From the NCBI RefSeq assembly GCF_963506605.1, contig NC_083290.1, positions 29,822,001 through 29,886,000 of the forward strand: a stretch of 64,000 nt of DNA, read 5' to 3'. The number at the start of each line of letters is the position of its first letter. Position 1 is the first letter of the stretch. Under the pieces are notes generated by a model. The model was not told the origin of the DNA. It did not search any database and worked only from the letters and a program-made list of their open reading frames with translations. Both the position numbers and the translations under genes were made by a program. Positions 24,873 to 44,841 of the stretch are shown piece after piece. Source of the stretch: Zootoca vivipara (Eukaryota).

Positions 24873-25255
24873 ATTAAAATTCGTTATTGTTTTAGCTAAA
24901 TAGCCTTTGGCACCTCAATATATAGGACTCACACTGTTTGTATTTCTTTTAATACTGATTTCAGCATTTTACTTTTTAAAATTGTCATACTTCCCGCGAC
25001 CGCATGATGAAAAGGCGGTAAGAAATTGGATAATACTGTATTTGGATTGTTTGTTTTCACAAATGCGAACCTATATATGGAAATGAAGAATAAAGGCAAT
25101 GCAAATCCTAATATATAGCGCTATTCTCCAATCCCAAACTTTTTAAACTCAAACATTCGTTTAAAGGATACAGAATTATCTCAGTGGGTAAATAGGCTAA
25201 AGTTGAACTGTTAAGTCCACTGTAACTATTGCCTCCCTCCCCTTATTATTTATTA

Positions 25256-26061
25256 AATTAAACTTACTAGTCACTTGTAACCCAACTGGTCTCTGAGGAA
25301 TGTAGGTTGGAATATATATATGTGTGTGTGTGACAATGGCACACAGAAATACATAAATACAGTCATACCTCGTGTTAAGTACGCTTCAGATTGAGTACTT
25401 TCAATTTAAGTACTCCGCGGACCCGTCTGGAATGGATTAATCCACTTTCCATTACTTTCAATGGGAAAGTTTGCTTCAGGTTAAGTACGAACTTCCAGAA
25501 CCAATTACAGTCATACCTCAGGTTAAGTACGCTTCAGGTTGAGTACTTTCCATTTAAGTACAGTACTCTGCGGACCCGTCTGGAACGGATTGATCCACTT
25601 TCCATTACTTTCAATGGGAAAGTTCACTTCAGGTTAAGTACGGACTTCCAGAACCAATTAAACTTACTAGTCACTTGTAACCCAACTGGTCTCTGAGGAA
25701 TGTAGGTTGGAATATATATATGTGTGTGTGTGACAATGGCACACAGAAATACATAAATACAGTCATACCTCGTGTTAAGTACGCTTCAGATTGAGTACTT
25801 TCAATTTAAGTACTCCGCGGACCCGTCTGGAATGGATTAATCCACTTTCCATTACTTTCAATGGGAAAGTCTGCTTCAGGTTAAGTACGAACTTCCAGAA
25901 CCAATTACAGTCATACCTCAGGTTAAGTACGCTTCAGGTTGAGTACTTTCCATTTAAGTACAGTACTCTGCGGACCCGTCTGGAACGGATTGATCCACTT
26001 TCCATTACTTTCAATGGGAAAGTTCACTTCAGGTTAAGTACGGACTTCCAGAACCAATTAA
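25256..26061. repeat. Near-perfect 400-bp tandem duplication
   Basis: 25256-25661 matches 25656-26061 with one visible mismatch (25471 T vs 25871 C). AATTAA microhomology at the junction. Confidence 0.92.
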
Positions 26062-26084
26062 GTACTTAACCTGAGGTACCACTG
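25760..26084. mobile_element. Tc1/mariner-pogo-type MITE (internally dimeric); truncated duplicate at 25360-25661
   Basis: TA|CAGTCATACCTC ... GAGGTACCACTG|TA termini with TA target duplication. Same family at 30790-31122. Confidence 0.8.
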
Positions 26085-26570
26085 TACATTACATCATATA
26101 CTACATTAATATTACAGCATACAGTATTAGGAAAACACACAAACCCCCATTTGTTGGCATCCATCTGTCTCAAGAGACAATGGAAGAATGTACCATCAGA
26201 GGTAAAGTCAAACAGAGAGTTACAGCGCCTGTTGCGGCTGAGATGCACCACAGTGTTTCTTCTCCCTGTGCTATATTCCCAGTGGTCATTTCTCCTCTGG
26301 TCGCTGTGGATCATGACCTGACACTCTCCAGACACAATAGTTCTCTGCAAGGGTTTCCATATGGCGAGGTTAATGTCAGCCTTCATGTCTCATTTGCAGA
26401 CATCTTTGTAATGCAGAATTGGTCTACCAGCACCAACCTAGTGCCTGAAAGCAAGCTCCTCCTAAACCATATCCTTTGGGATCCTGCTCTCCTTAGGAAG
26501 ATACACTAATAGATACGGTAGCTGTTCACACAGAGTTGTCTTCATTATAAAATGTAATGTAAGGTATCCT

Positions 26571-26837
26571 AATAAAAAAATTCCTTCAGTAGCACCTTAA
26601 AGACCAACTGCAGTCATTAGCAGTCGTTCACAGCCATCTACAGGTTTACCACTCCCATCAGCCCATCACCCACCCCCACCATCTGACTCTTCTGTTTCAA
26701 GTGTATCTGAAGAAGTGTGCATGCACACGAAAGCTCATACCAAAATAAAAACTTAGTTGGTCTTTAAGGTGCTACTGAAGGAATTTTTTTTTTTTGCTTC
26801 GACTCAGACCAACACGGCTACCTACCTGTAACTAGAA
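26571..26837 (+). mobile_element. Penelope-like retroelement terminal fragment with inverted end
   Basis: Flanked by a 12-bp direct repeat GTAAGGTATCCT (26559-26570, 26838-26849). Contains a perfect 36-bp inverted repeat (26574-26609 / 26755-26790) and a hammerhead core. Confidence 0.75.
26703..26740 (+). ncRNA. Minimal type I hammerhead ribozyme motif (Penelope-associated)
   Basis: GTAT-CTGAAGA-A-GTGTGC-AT-GCACAC-GAAA-GC-TC-ATAC: stem I GTAT/ATAC, core CUGANGA and GAAA, palindromic stem II, one-bp stem III with palindromic AGCU. Confidence 0.65.
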
Positions 26838-28849
26838 GTAAGGTATCCTGTAAGTCTTGGTTTTAGATAGAGGGGTAACAAGTGACTAGATAAAAATTTT
26901 ACACTGAAAAAGTGTACATAAAAGCATTTGCAACCATGTAATGTCCTTGGCCCAGTCCTCCAGCTTGGCTGACTGCCCATTGTCGGCAGTTACCCAATTG
27001 TAAAGTTATCTCTGTTAATTATTCTTTGGCCTAAATTCAGTAGAGGGAAAGCTCCGCTGACTTCATCAGACTTGTATCAGAACCATTTTGATGGACTTTC
27101 CTTTATTGATTTTGCTTGTTGGTTTCCAAGCCCTTTTAGGCTCTAGAAAGTCATACTGTTTAAGTAAGATATGGAATCTCCTTCAGAGGGCTGTGATAAA
27201 CAGGGATAAATATGATCATGCTCTTATCACACTTGCTCAGGACAAATGTCTGCAAGCTGCTTCACTGTGTCCCAGGAATAAGCCCTTCCAAAAAGCAAGT
27301 AGCTGGGGGAATTTAGCTCAAACACAGAGCAATAATTTTCTGCTGCAACCCTGTCACTCTTTCTGCCAGAAGCTGCTGTTACCCCAATGGCCTTTCTTAC
27401 TTACCATATTTCTTACCTGATTTTCTTTGCCAAACCAATATCAGAACATGTTATGTTAAAATTCCAATACACAGTTAAATAAACACCAATAGAGTAGAGC
27501 TCTCCCATATATTAGCACTCTTAGCATGTGAGTAACTTGGGGTTTTCTAGTGAAGCTAGCAGTGTGCCCTTGTAAGGGACTTTGGGTGAGTGACCAAGAT
27601 AGCACCAGAGCATTTCTAGAAATAAGAGTTTTATTGAGAAAATATACTAACATTGCAATTTAATAGTTAACTGTTAGCAGAGACAGGAAGGTTAGAGAGA
27701 ATGGTCATGAGAAGTGATACTGAAGGAAAGCTGTACAGTGAATTGCTTTGGCTTCTCAGGAAGGGGAAGTGGGCAGAGAAGAATAGCAGTAGGAATTAAA
27801 GAATTGACAAGAGAAAATGTTATATCTTTTTGTACTTATGCTCTGTTGAAGGGGGGAATCCTTGGTGCCATAGTGAACTCCAGAATGAAGAAACTCATTG
27901 GCCATGGCAGGATGCTACTGGGTAGAGTCCACCTGAAAGGAAAGTGCAGAAAAGGGGCGCTCAAAGCTGGGGGGGATCACTAAGCCTACATTTATCACAA
28001 CAGAATCCTTTTATGGAATCCTCTGGAGCTGAAGGGTTTCAGAGGTGCAAGAGTGAGCACCCAGGCAGGAGTTCCTAAGGCTAATCAAGCAAGATTATCT
28101 GCCAATCAAGACTGCTTCTTAAATCACTCCGCTTTTGTGACCTCAGGACTTTCAGCTGAATCTTGGATCTAAGATCATTTATAGTCTAAAAAGAATGGGA
28201 TGATCCTAGCTAAAAGGAGGTAGGTTCGGCTTTAGGTGAAATTTAAAGGACTTCTTGTTAAGGACCTTTGAAATTGCAGGACTCTGTAGCCCATTTATAA
28301 TTTTAGGTGGTCCCACATCTGTGCGGGGGAATCTGAGTACTGCCTTGTCCATTTCTACTTCATTCTACTTTGCTCTCTACTAGTTCTCTACTAGCTCACT
28401 TTTCCAGACAAAATTTATCCTTTTGTTTCAAAGTCCCTGTGAGGACACAAAAATGGCAGCAAACTACAGTAATGCTGTCTAGCAACACTGCAGTGAAATT
28501 ATCACATGTCAAAGCAGATTTTTAATCTCTGAATGAGATTTGTTCTTGGAACTCCTTAAAATAAGCAAGTAAACTTTTTTTAAAGGGGGGGAGACATTTT
28601 TCAGCTCATGGACAATTGTTTTTGCAGAGGAGAAATATCAGTGGTGCCCAGAGGCAAAAAGTGCATAGAACAACGGCTGTAACTTATGTCTTTACAAGAG
28701 GGTACATTCCAGCATCCAGCCACAAGTTACCCATCCTTCCATCCATGCTAGCAAAAGGCATTATCACAGTTCAGGGACACATTCCAGCCACACAAAAGGA
28801 CTTGAGAAGAGTACAGAGCTGAACCAGTTAGGAGAGTGGCATGAGGTCT

Positions 28850-29318
28850 GAGGGGAGAGGCTCCATCAGGCAAGGCCTCTTTCCACCTGCCTTGCCTCCC
28901 CCCATGGCCCTGGGACTCCTCATAAGGAAGCTGTGCCTGGAGGAAGAACTGTGAGGGGAGAGGCTCCATCAGGCAAGGCCTCTTTCCACCTGCCTTGCCT
29001 CGCCCCCTCCGGCCCTGGGACTCCTCATAAGGAAGCTGTGCCTGGAGGAAGAACTGTGAGGGGAGAGGCTCCATCAGGCAAGGCCTCTTTCCACCTGCCT
29101 TGCCTCGCCCCCTCCGGCCCTGGGACTCCTCATAAGGAAGCTGTGCCTGGAGGAAGAACTGTGAGGGGAGAGGCTCCATCAGGCAAGGCCTCTTTCCACC
29201 TGCTCTGCCTCGCCCCCTCAGGCCCTGGGACTCCTCATAAGGAAGCTGCCTGGAGGAAGAACTGTGAGGGGAGAGGCTCCATCAGGCAAGGCCTCTTTCC
29301 ACCTGCCTTGCCTCACCC
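28850..29318. repeat. Minisatellite, 105-bp unit x ~4.5
   Basis: Units start at 28850, 28953, 29058, 29163 and 29266 (GAGGGGAGAGGCTCCATCAGGCAAGGCC...). Confidence 0.93.
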
Positions 29319-30789
29319 TCCAGTCTCTGTTTTTCAATTTGTATTGAATTTTTTTATGCACTGTGGCTTGCTGTTGTTTTATTGATTGTTATTTTGAAAT
29401 TATTTATTGTAAATGTTAAGAGTGGGTTTCTGTTTAATTTTCATATGCTGATATTATTCTATACTATTCTAATGATTGTTGAGCGTTACATTATTTGATT
29501 TCTTATTTTAAAGCTATGTTTTATTATCACATTTTTTATTGCATTAGATTGTTATAAGGGTGTTTTGTATTTCATTAGATTCTGTTTCTTCAGCTTGTAA
29601 ACCGCTTTGAGTATTGTATGATAGAAAGGCGGTATACAAATTAAAAGTGATGATGATGATGAGGTCTGGGTAGAAAGGCTTGGAGGGTTGCATTTGGCCT
29701 CAGCTCAGATTCCCTACGCTGTCTTGGACTTTTACAGTACTTTGCCCCATGGCATATGTGGAGTGCCACAAGAGTGTTTCATTCTTTCTGTTGTTTAAGA
29801 AGAAACTTGCAGAGCAGTTGCTAATATGCTGACTACACTCAGCTCTATTCTTTTCATACAGGATGAGCAGGTGAATTGCGGTCTGCCATGGACCAGACAA
29901 ATGCTAATAAACTTAACAGTAATAAGAAGAGGGCCAGTTCATCTAATCAACCTCATGGTGGGTGTTTCCTTTTCTCATCCATTCCTCTTACTGTAATAGT
30001 TTGCATCTTGGGGATATCTTGGTTTTATGCAGCCTTATGCTGGAAGCCCAGATGGCATCTAACACAAGCCTTTCAGCAACTTGGGCTGATGCACCTACTG
30101 CACCTGGTAACCATTGTCTGTGACCTGGTAACATCTAACTTGGATTACTGCAAGACTTCTAGGAGCTGCCTTTGAAGACCACACATAAGCATAAACTGAT
30201 GCAAAATATGACAACTAGATTTATTGACTGGAACACACTGCATGGAATTGTGTCTGCATGTATGTCTAAAACTTACTTTTCTGTTTTCATGGAATAAGCT
30301 GTTTTGGAATACTAATGATGGGTGAGATTACTCTAGTGCTTGGGGTACCTGTTTTTTGCAGCCCTGGTTCTGTTGTGCCAGAGGACAGGCTGTTGAGCAA
30401 GAGGAGCTGGCCTAGAAACTAGCATGTTTATCAAATCCACAGAAAGCACAGCATGCATAACTTTAGGAACCTTAGTCTGGCGAGCAGAGTGCCCTAAGGT
30501 ACCTGAGAGGAAGCCTGAACCTTTCCAGAAAAAGGAAGTGTTAATTATTATAAAAGGCAAATGGCAAGCGAAATTATGGAAGGTTTTCCTCTTATGGGCG
30601 GTCCCTTTAACGTGGGATATATTAAGATATGGTATGCCCCAACAATCTAATCTTTCAGATGTGTGCTTAAGATCTTTCTATTTGCCCAAGCCTTTTCTGA
30701 CTGAACTTTTCTGTTGTCATCCATATCAACTTTATTATTCTTGATGTACATTTTATACTTATTCTTGTTTTTTGTACACCACCCTCATA

Positions 30790-31122
30790 CAGTGGTACCT
30801 CGGTTTAAGTACACAATTGGTTCCAGAAGTCTGTACTTAACCTGAAGCGTACTTAACCTGAAGCGATCTTTCCCATTGAAAGTAATGGAAAGTGGATTAA
30901 TCCGTTCCAGATGGTCCATGGAGTAAACCTGAAGCGTACTTTACCCGAAGTATGAGTGTAATTGGTTCTGGAAGTCCGTACTTAACCTGAAGCATACTTA
31001 ATCTGAAGTGAACTTTCCCATTGAAAGTAATGGAAAGTGGATTAATCCGTTCCAGACGGGTCTGCGGAGTACTTAAACTGAAAGTACTCAAACTGAAGCA
31101 TACTTAAACCGAGCTATGACTG
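30790..31122. mobile_element. Tc1/mariner-pogo-type MITE
   Basis: TA|CAGTGGTACCTCGGTTTAAGTA ... TACTTAAACCGAGCTATGACTG|TA; inverted relative to the 25760 copy. Confidence 0.8.
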
Positions 31123-31696
31123 TATTTTATAATGTGAGTGCTTTATAAATAATTAAAAACGGAGGGGAGAGAGAGCTTAAAGGGAGATGGAGGGCAAAGG
31201 TGGACACAGACAGAGAAAGATATTTCAGTGTTTCTGCCAAGCTATATGGGGCAGGTAAAACAGGGCTGAGTCGAAAGCGGGTTTGCAAGCACAGCTGATC
31301 AGTCCTGTCCATATGGGCTTTCAAATCCGAAGAGTAAGCTGATTGTCTGGTCTTATGAAGCACTGTTTATGGGACTGTGTTAGTACTTTCCTGGATGTGC
31401 CTTTGCCTGCATGGTTTGATTTCAAACAGTGTGTGCAAAAGCAGTTCATCTAGTGCTTTAAATTGATTTGGATTTTAATTTTATGCTGCCTTTCTGCATT
31501 TTATGCTTTTATTTTTGTACTTTTACATTTATACGCCTTGATGTTTGTATTTTTTGCTGTACATTTAGAAGCTTCCTTAGGAATTTTGATAAATTGAAAG
31601 GCAGAATAAAAGTCTTCCAAATTAATAAGCTTGATGGTCCACCCTGGAAATACAGTAGAGGGAAGTGTTTGGTTTTTAATTCACTTACAGTAACTG

Positions 31697-31891
31697 GGCC
31701 ATCACTCAGTGGTAGAGCCTCTGCCTCTGCCTTGCATTCAAAAAGTCCCAGGTTTAACCCACAGCAGCCTGAGGTAGGGCTTGGAGATACCCCTGCCAAA
31801 ACCTGGAGAGATTCTTGCTTGCCTGTCAGTGTTGACAATACTGACTTAGATGGACCCATGATCTGACTCTGTAAGGCAGCTGCCTATGTTT
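31697..31891 (+). mobile_element. Older tRNA-derived SINE
   Basis: Head CTCAGTGGTAGAGC...GTCCCAGGTTTAA and tail GACAATACTGACTTAGATGGACC...AAGGCAGCTGCCTATGTT. Decayed relatives near 8670-8885, 49560-49805 and 59825-59975. Confidence 0.55.
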
Positions 31892-32570
31892 CTGCCAATA
31901 CAAGAGACAGCCTTCTTGCCTTAATGATTTTGACAAAGCTCTCCATCAGTGTCTGCAACTGCAGGATAATGTCTTTACAGCTTTGCACCTTCTTTCGGGA
32001 GCAAGACTCTTTCCCTAGGAAGCGTGGTGCTAGGTAGACTGCCCAGCCCATAGGCAGCTTGCTTCTGCATCAGGACTTAGTTCCTATCAAAGATTATATT
32101 GTAGACCTGATTCAGGAAGGCATTGACCCCCCCCCCTTTACTCCATCGTGCTATTTGAGTTCAGGGGTCAGAGTGTAGTGGGAGTGAGGAAACCCTTGTT
32201 AATCTTTCTACTCGGAAGAAAAGCTCTGTTTATCCCAGGCTAGTGTCTCTTGTTTGTTTCACTGTAGGTGGATGGATTTATACTGAACAGTGTGTCCAGC
32301 CATGTTCCCGGAGTTAATTATTCTCCAGAAGGTGGCCGTGAGCAGAAAAGAGAGCAACAGCGAACTCCAGCAAACCTCCGGGCTCAGCAGAAACCCTGGC
32401 AAGCGCCTGCCGCTCAAGTGCTCTGACAGCTGCTGGTTCCCTGCCTCTCTTCTTTCTAGCACATTGGTGCCGCCACCCCTCTTTTCACATTTACTGTAAA
32501 CTGGGATCTAAAGGCAGAACTGCTACAGGCACCTTCTCTCCGTCCTTAGAGGCACAGCTCTGAAATTGCA

Positions 32571-39830
<7,260 letters not shown>

Positions 39831-40952
39831 AGCACAGCGGTGGCTTGGCTGTTGGAGGAGTCTCCCACTGCAACCATGGGTTTTTAAAAAGTACTCCAAC
39901 AACTATTAGATCAAAGGCAGAACTAAGCTTTGACAGAGCATCCTGGACCAGGGTAAAGTTTTCTGTTAAAACAAACAAACCACTTTGCTGCCGCCAGTTT
40001 TTGTTCCTTAAAATGGGAATGGCCAGAATGGTTTGGACCTAATTGACTAAACCTTATCCTGCTTCTCCCTGGCAAAGCCAAGGTTTGGCAGCCCCACCTG
40101 TATTAGCCTCCTGATGATCTCACTGGCAGCCTGCACTTCTTCCAAATGTGTTGTAAGCAAGCTGCATATGGACTCATTTTCACTGCCTGGAGAGGAAGGT
40201 ATCACTTTTCTACCTCCATCACCTACAGAACACTTCTCTTGTGTATTTGTGCTTAATTATTCCCTTGATTCCTTCACCTTCCAACATTCAGTTAATTCCG
40301 ATAACACTCTTCTCAAACAGTCTATGGTTCATTGGGGGTGTAATTGAATTGGAGACATTCACAGGAGGGGAGGCTTCATTCCTTAATCTTAGTATTTGGG
40401 GCTGTAGCTAGGCAAGGATAGATGGGCATGTGTACCTTACTAAGCATATAGACATGCAAACCTCAGAACCGGACCCAAATGTGGCCATCCAGGCCTCTTT
40501 CATCTAGTCCTCTGGATTCTTCCCCAGGCCCCATCCCTACATTGTTTTCATCTTCCAGAATGTGTTCTTGAACTCTTTTAATGCTTCTTCTTTACATGGA
40601 TGGAAGAGGGGGTATGTGTGCATAGAAACTAGTCTACGGTACAAAGGTAAAATTTACATGAGTTATCCTCCTTTTGCCTCTGGCGCTGTCTTCTGCTGGC
40701 ATGTTGGCAGCAAGGGAATGCAGCTCTCAGACTGATGTAAACAGATACATGATAATGAGGAAGTGATTATCCCCCTTTAGTGTAAGGAAATGTAGCATTT
40801 AGCAGTTGCACTGATCAGAACTTCCCTGGACACTTCTGCAGACATTAACTATAATTGCCATGAGGAGCCGATAATGCAGACTAAAAATGGATTGTTTTCT
40901 GTAATACTGGATTCCAAATCTTGTTCATTGTTATCGAGTGTACACTGACAGC

Positions 40953-40967
40953 AATAAAGACAATAAA
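40953..40967 (+). terminator. Tandem AATAAA polyadenylation signals of SLC37A4
   Basis: AATAAA at 40953-40958 and 40962-40967, ~1.1 kb after the stop and just before the convergent TRAPPC4 signal. Confidence 0.7.
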
Positions 40968-41145
40968 GTAGAATTAACCTATGTTACTGCGCAGAGGCCT
41001 CTTCCTAAATAGGATGACTCCACTAGAAAGAAGCCCACAGAGATTTGCAATTTGGTTCAGGCCCTTACCCTCCCTGGATGCTGAACACCAGATAATTCAT
41101 TCCCAGCTCAGGAATTCAAGTCCCTCCTTTTCCTTTAAGTAATGT

Positions 41146-41151
41146 TTTATT
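41146..41151 (-). terminator. TRAPPC4 polyadenylation signal
   Basis: AATAAA on the minus strand ~300 nt after the stop codon. Confidence 0.65.
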
Positions 41152-41455
41152 TACAGTTGCAGACATACAGTGCTTCACTCATAAATTAAAAGAATACATT
41201 GCAACATATATGTACATGCACCACTCTTGAAGGAATGGTGTAGCTCTCATGTTTTCTTTCAAGCTGCCAGCCACCTTCCTTTAGCAGCAGCCAAGGTTCA
41301 GCACCAACCACATCCACTCAACAGCAATACTTCCTGTTCTGTGCTCTGGAATTGCAGTCAAGGTTGCTACGAACAGGTGGTTGGTAATCTCTCTGACTCA
41401 CAGTTTGGTTGTTATTGAAAAGTCCACTGGGTGACTGAAGTGGGATAAATCCACC

Positions 41456-44400
41456 CTACAATCCTGGCCCAAAAGGCCCTGCTTTCTCTGCTACCTCCAG
41501 CGCAAGCTTCAAGTTCTGATCAAAGAGCTCACATCTGAAATGGTGAAACAAACACAAGAGGACTAGAACATAACCACACAGGAGCAGGTTTAGCACAGTA
41601 AGCCACCCATTTTCCATTTTATTCTCAGTCTAGGATGAACGTCTGAAAGAAGTGCAACTACGTGTGACTCAGCATTAATAAGGTATGAAATACCATGTCA
41701 ATGCAGCCTTAAGATCAACTGTGGGGACTCTCTAGGTGTTGTTAGACTCTATCTACTCCCATCAGTCCCAGCAGACATGACCCATAGTCAGGGATGATGG
41801 GAGCTGGAAGGCCCTTACAGGCTTCCAGGTCCTGTTGAAGATGCTTCTGTTTGCTCTTCTTGATAAGCTTAACTTCTTGAATCAACACTGGCACTGTGGA
41901 AAATGCCCCCCAGGCATGAAGTGTTCAGTAACATGTCTCAATGCGAGGTCATATCACAAACTGGAGGCATGCAGACTTACTAGGCCTCATACACTATCCA
42001 ATGTGACGTTACCTATTGTGATCACACTCCGCAGTTGTTCATGGGATTTACCAGCATCCCAGGGAATAAACGGGGGTTCAGGAGCCAGAAGGGCTTTTCT
42101 CTCTTGTAATACTCATGTACATTGATTTCTAAACACATGGGGGGGTCAATTTTAGTAAGGGAGGGTTTGTTTTAGTGTGAGAATGTGCATTTGATCTATA
42201 CCTGATTGGCATCTCCAAGGAGTAGAAAGGATTTTTCAGAGCAAAGTCTGAATAAATCTCATAAATCTTGCGCAGAAGGGAATCTATCCCAGACTGCCGT
42301 GGATCAGCAAGCACCACAAATTTTATCCCTGAGGATATGAAGAACAGAGTTAGAGCATGCCACATCCAAAGCAACACATACAACTGGCTTGAGTGATTTT
42401 AAAATGCACAAAAAGGTTCATTCCTGGTCATTCCTCAATAAAAGGCCCTGCAAGGCAAAGGCAGAAATCAAATGCCAGGTACCAGGCAGATGGAACAGTG
42501 AAGGAGGAGGAAGTTGCCAATTAGCTACCAAGGTTTTGTTGGTTTTAAAGCCCTACACAACTTGGGACCAGGATAGCTAGCAAGTTCCCAAGGACACCCT
42601 GCAAATGGATTCCACCATCACTGGATTGCCACTTGGTAATGCAGAAACAGACCTCAGTGATGGCTCCCACCTTTTGCAGTGCCTTTGGAAAATTTATGGA
42701 GACAGTAATGATATTTAACCGCCTCTTAAAACATCTGTTTACCCAAGCTTTGTTGGACTCCTGACTCTTACACTTTTAATTCTATTTTGTACACTGCTCA
42801 GTTTTATTTGTGAGACATACTTTTGTTTTTAGGTAACTTAACTGATTGGGAGTTTTTTTGTTGCTTTTTGTAAGCTGCTACTGCTACTACTACTAATTAT
42901 TATTAATTACAGTTGTATGATGCCCTTCACCTGAAAATGAATGGCAGTTCACAACATAAAATTACAAAATAAAATTATAAGAACACAAGATAAATAATTC
43001 TTTTTAAAAACCAATTATCCCCTCCCACAAACACATTTAAAAGACCATAGAATGTTAATCAGCCAAAGGCCTGGTTATAGAAAAACGCTTTTGCCTGGCG
43101 CCTAAAAATATGCAATGAGCCTCCCCGGGGAGAGATGATTATTAGATTAAGTGGTTTTTGTAAACCACTTGTGATTTTTATATTATGAAGTACCAGTATA
43201 CAAAATGTCTAGTTAGTAAACATTTTTCTTTTACCACTTCTCCACAAAGAGTAGCACTTCTAGGAACATTCTCACTGAATGTAGCTGCAGAACTTTACTT
43301 GCTCAAGTTGGGTCTGCTGTCCATACTAATCAAAGGTCAAGAAATGCAGATATTATAAAAGAAGCAATACCTGTTAGAGTCTGAAAACAGTGTAACTTGA
43401 AAGTGTCAGTCTCTAGCATCTCAATTCCAGAGCTTCCCTGCTCGGGAGACAGTTGGGACCCAATCGCAAACAACCTGCACATAAAACACAGCCCCAAATT
43501 GTACCTCTGATAAAGTGCCTTCCCTATATCAAAACCAGTCAATCCCTCTCCCTTTTCTGGGTTCTGGCAAACATCTCATCCACCCCTGACTCACGAATGG
43601 AACATGGAGGCCAGCATGAGCTTCTCATTGGATGACAGTCGGGGGCGACCAAAGCGGATTGACACTGGGTAGTTGGCTGGGTTGCCCAGGAACTCCAGCA
43701 CATCCCTGCCGTCACCAGTGTACCTTCCGTTGACATCAATGCCGTTGATGGCAAGCACAGCATGGCCCACTGCAAAGAAGGGAAGAGGCAGTCACCACTC
43801 AATACCCCCTCTCACCAGGCACTGGCAAGCCTTCCTGCATCAGTAACTCCCCTGTCTCCCTCACCCTTGGGAGCTCTGCCAACCAGTGGAGTAAAGGAGC
43901 AAGAGCAGCTCCAGTATAGAATGTCATTTCCTGGAGCAGAATTTGCCAGTGACATAACATGAGGTGGTTGGTGGATGTTAGGTCTGATCAGGTTCAACTC
44001 GGGATCCTGACCTTAGGCAGGCAAAGCTTAGCCAGTAAACATCTCTGAGCCACCCTGAGATCTTTGGATTCAAGCTGGTGTGCTAAATAAACAAGCAAAT
44101 AAATAAAAACCTTTTGGGAGTGGTCAAAACGTTTTACTATAAAAGTCACACCTGAGGCTAAAAACCATAATAAACAGAAGCATAAATGTTTTGATAATAA
44201 ATTATCAATGATCATCAAAACCAGCTGCTGGGGGCAGCCACTGTACCCTGCATAATGGTAAGGGGGTCGGAGAGGGTCGCTGGTGGGACCCAGTTGTTCC
44301 CCCTCCCCGACGCAAAAAGCCCAATTCCCTGATCCCTTGTGAGTCACTCTTTGCCAGAGGAGCCTAATAAAGTGGACATGGTTCAGGTGTGCGCTGCCAC

Positions 44401-44841
44401 TGAAGCTTTTTCAGCTCAAGGGGAAGCTGTCATGAGTTCCGTCTCCCCTTCAACATCCAAAGGCAGCGGAGGCACCAGAAAAATAAAAAATTCGCGGGTG
44501 GGTGGGTAGGCAGAGTGGGGAAAGTATACTTGTAGGGGGCGGGGGGGGGAATACAGCGCGTGTTAATGAAATGGGGGGCCTCCGCTCGTCCCCCTCGGGC
44601 GCCCCCTGCGTCGAAAGGGGCCAGCTCCCGGGGCCGCTCCTTTGCCGGCTGCTTCCCGTCCCTCACCGCGGATGCCGTCGCGCTGCCCGAAGGAGACGAG
44701 GACATGCTCGTCGTGCGGGCGCAGCACTAGCTCGAGCGGGAAGCTGAAGGTCTTCTCGGTCTCGGCCCTCGGCGCGTAGTGGTCCAGCTGGTAGATAAGC
44801 CCACCGGCCTTGTTCACCACGTACACGCTGAAGATGGCCAT
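41456..44841 (-). CDS. TRAPPC4: Trafficking protein particle complex subunit 4 (synbindin/Trs23); complete CDS
   Basis: [20 protein letters not shown]...[39 protein letters not shown]. Exons: 44841-44667, 43769-43595, 43474-43371, 42328-42202, 41534-41456. Confidence 0.97.

Noticed and set aside
25256-26084. Regularly recurring short repeats suggestive of a CRISPR array
   Set aside because: Eukaryotic DNA with no unique spacers and no cas genes; explained by MITE internal repeats plus a tandem duplication.
26559-26849. Two GTATCCT U12-donor motifs (USSE-like pair)
   Set aside because: They are the two copies of the target-site duplication, ~280 nt apart, not a closely spaced tandem enhancer.
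28748-29385. Repeat-protein-like ORFs on both strands
   Set aside because: Produced by the 105-bp minisatellite period; no convincing exon context.
42329-42340. ATATCCTC on the minus strand in TRAPPC4
   Set aside because: It lies within the acceptor tract of a normal GT-AG intron, where it cannot serve as a donor.
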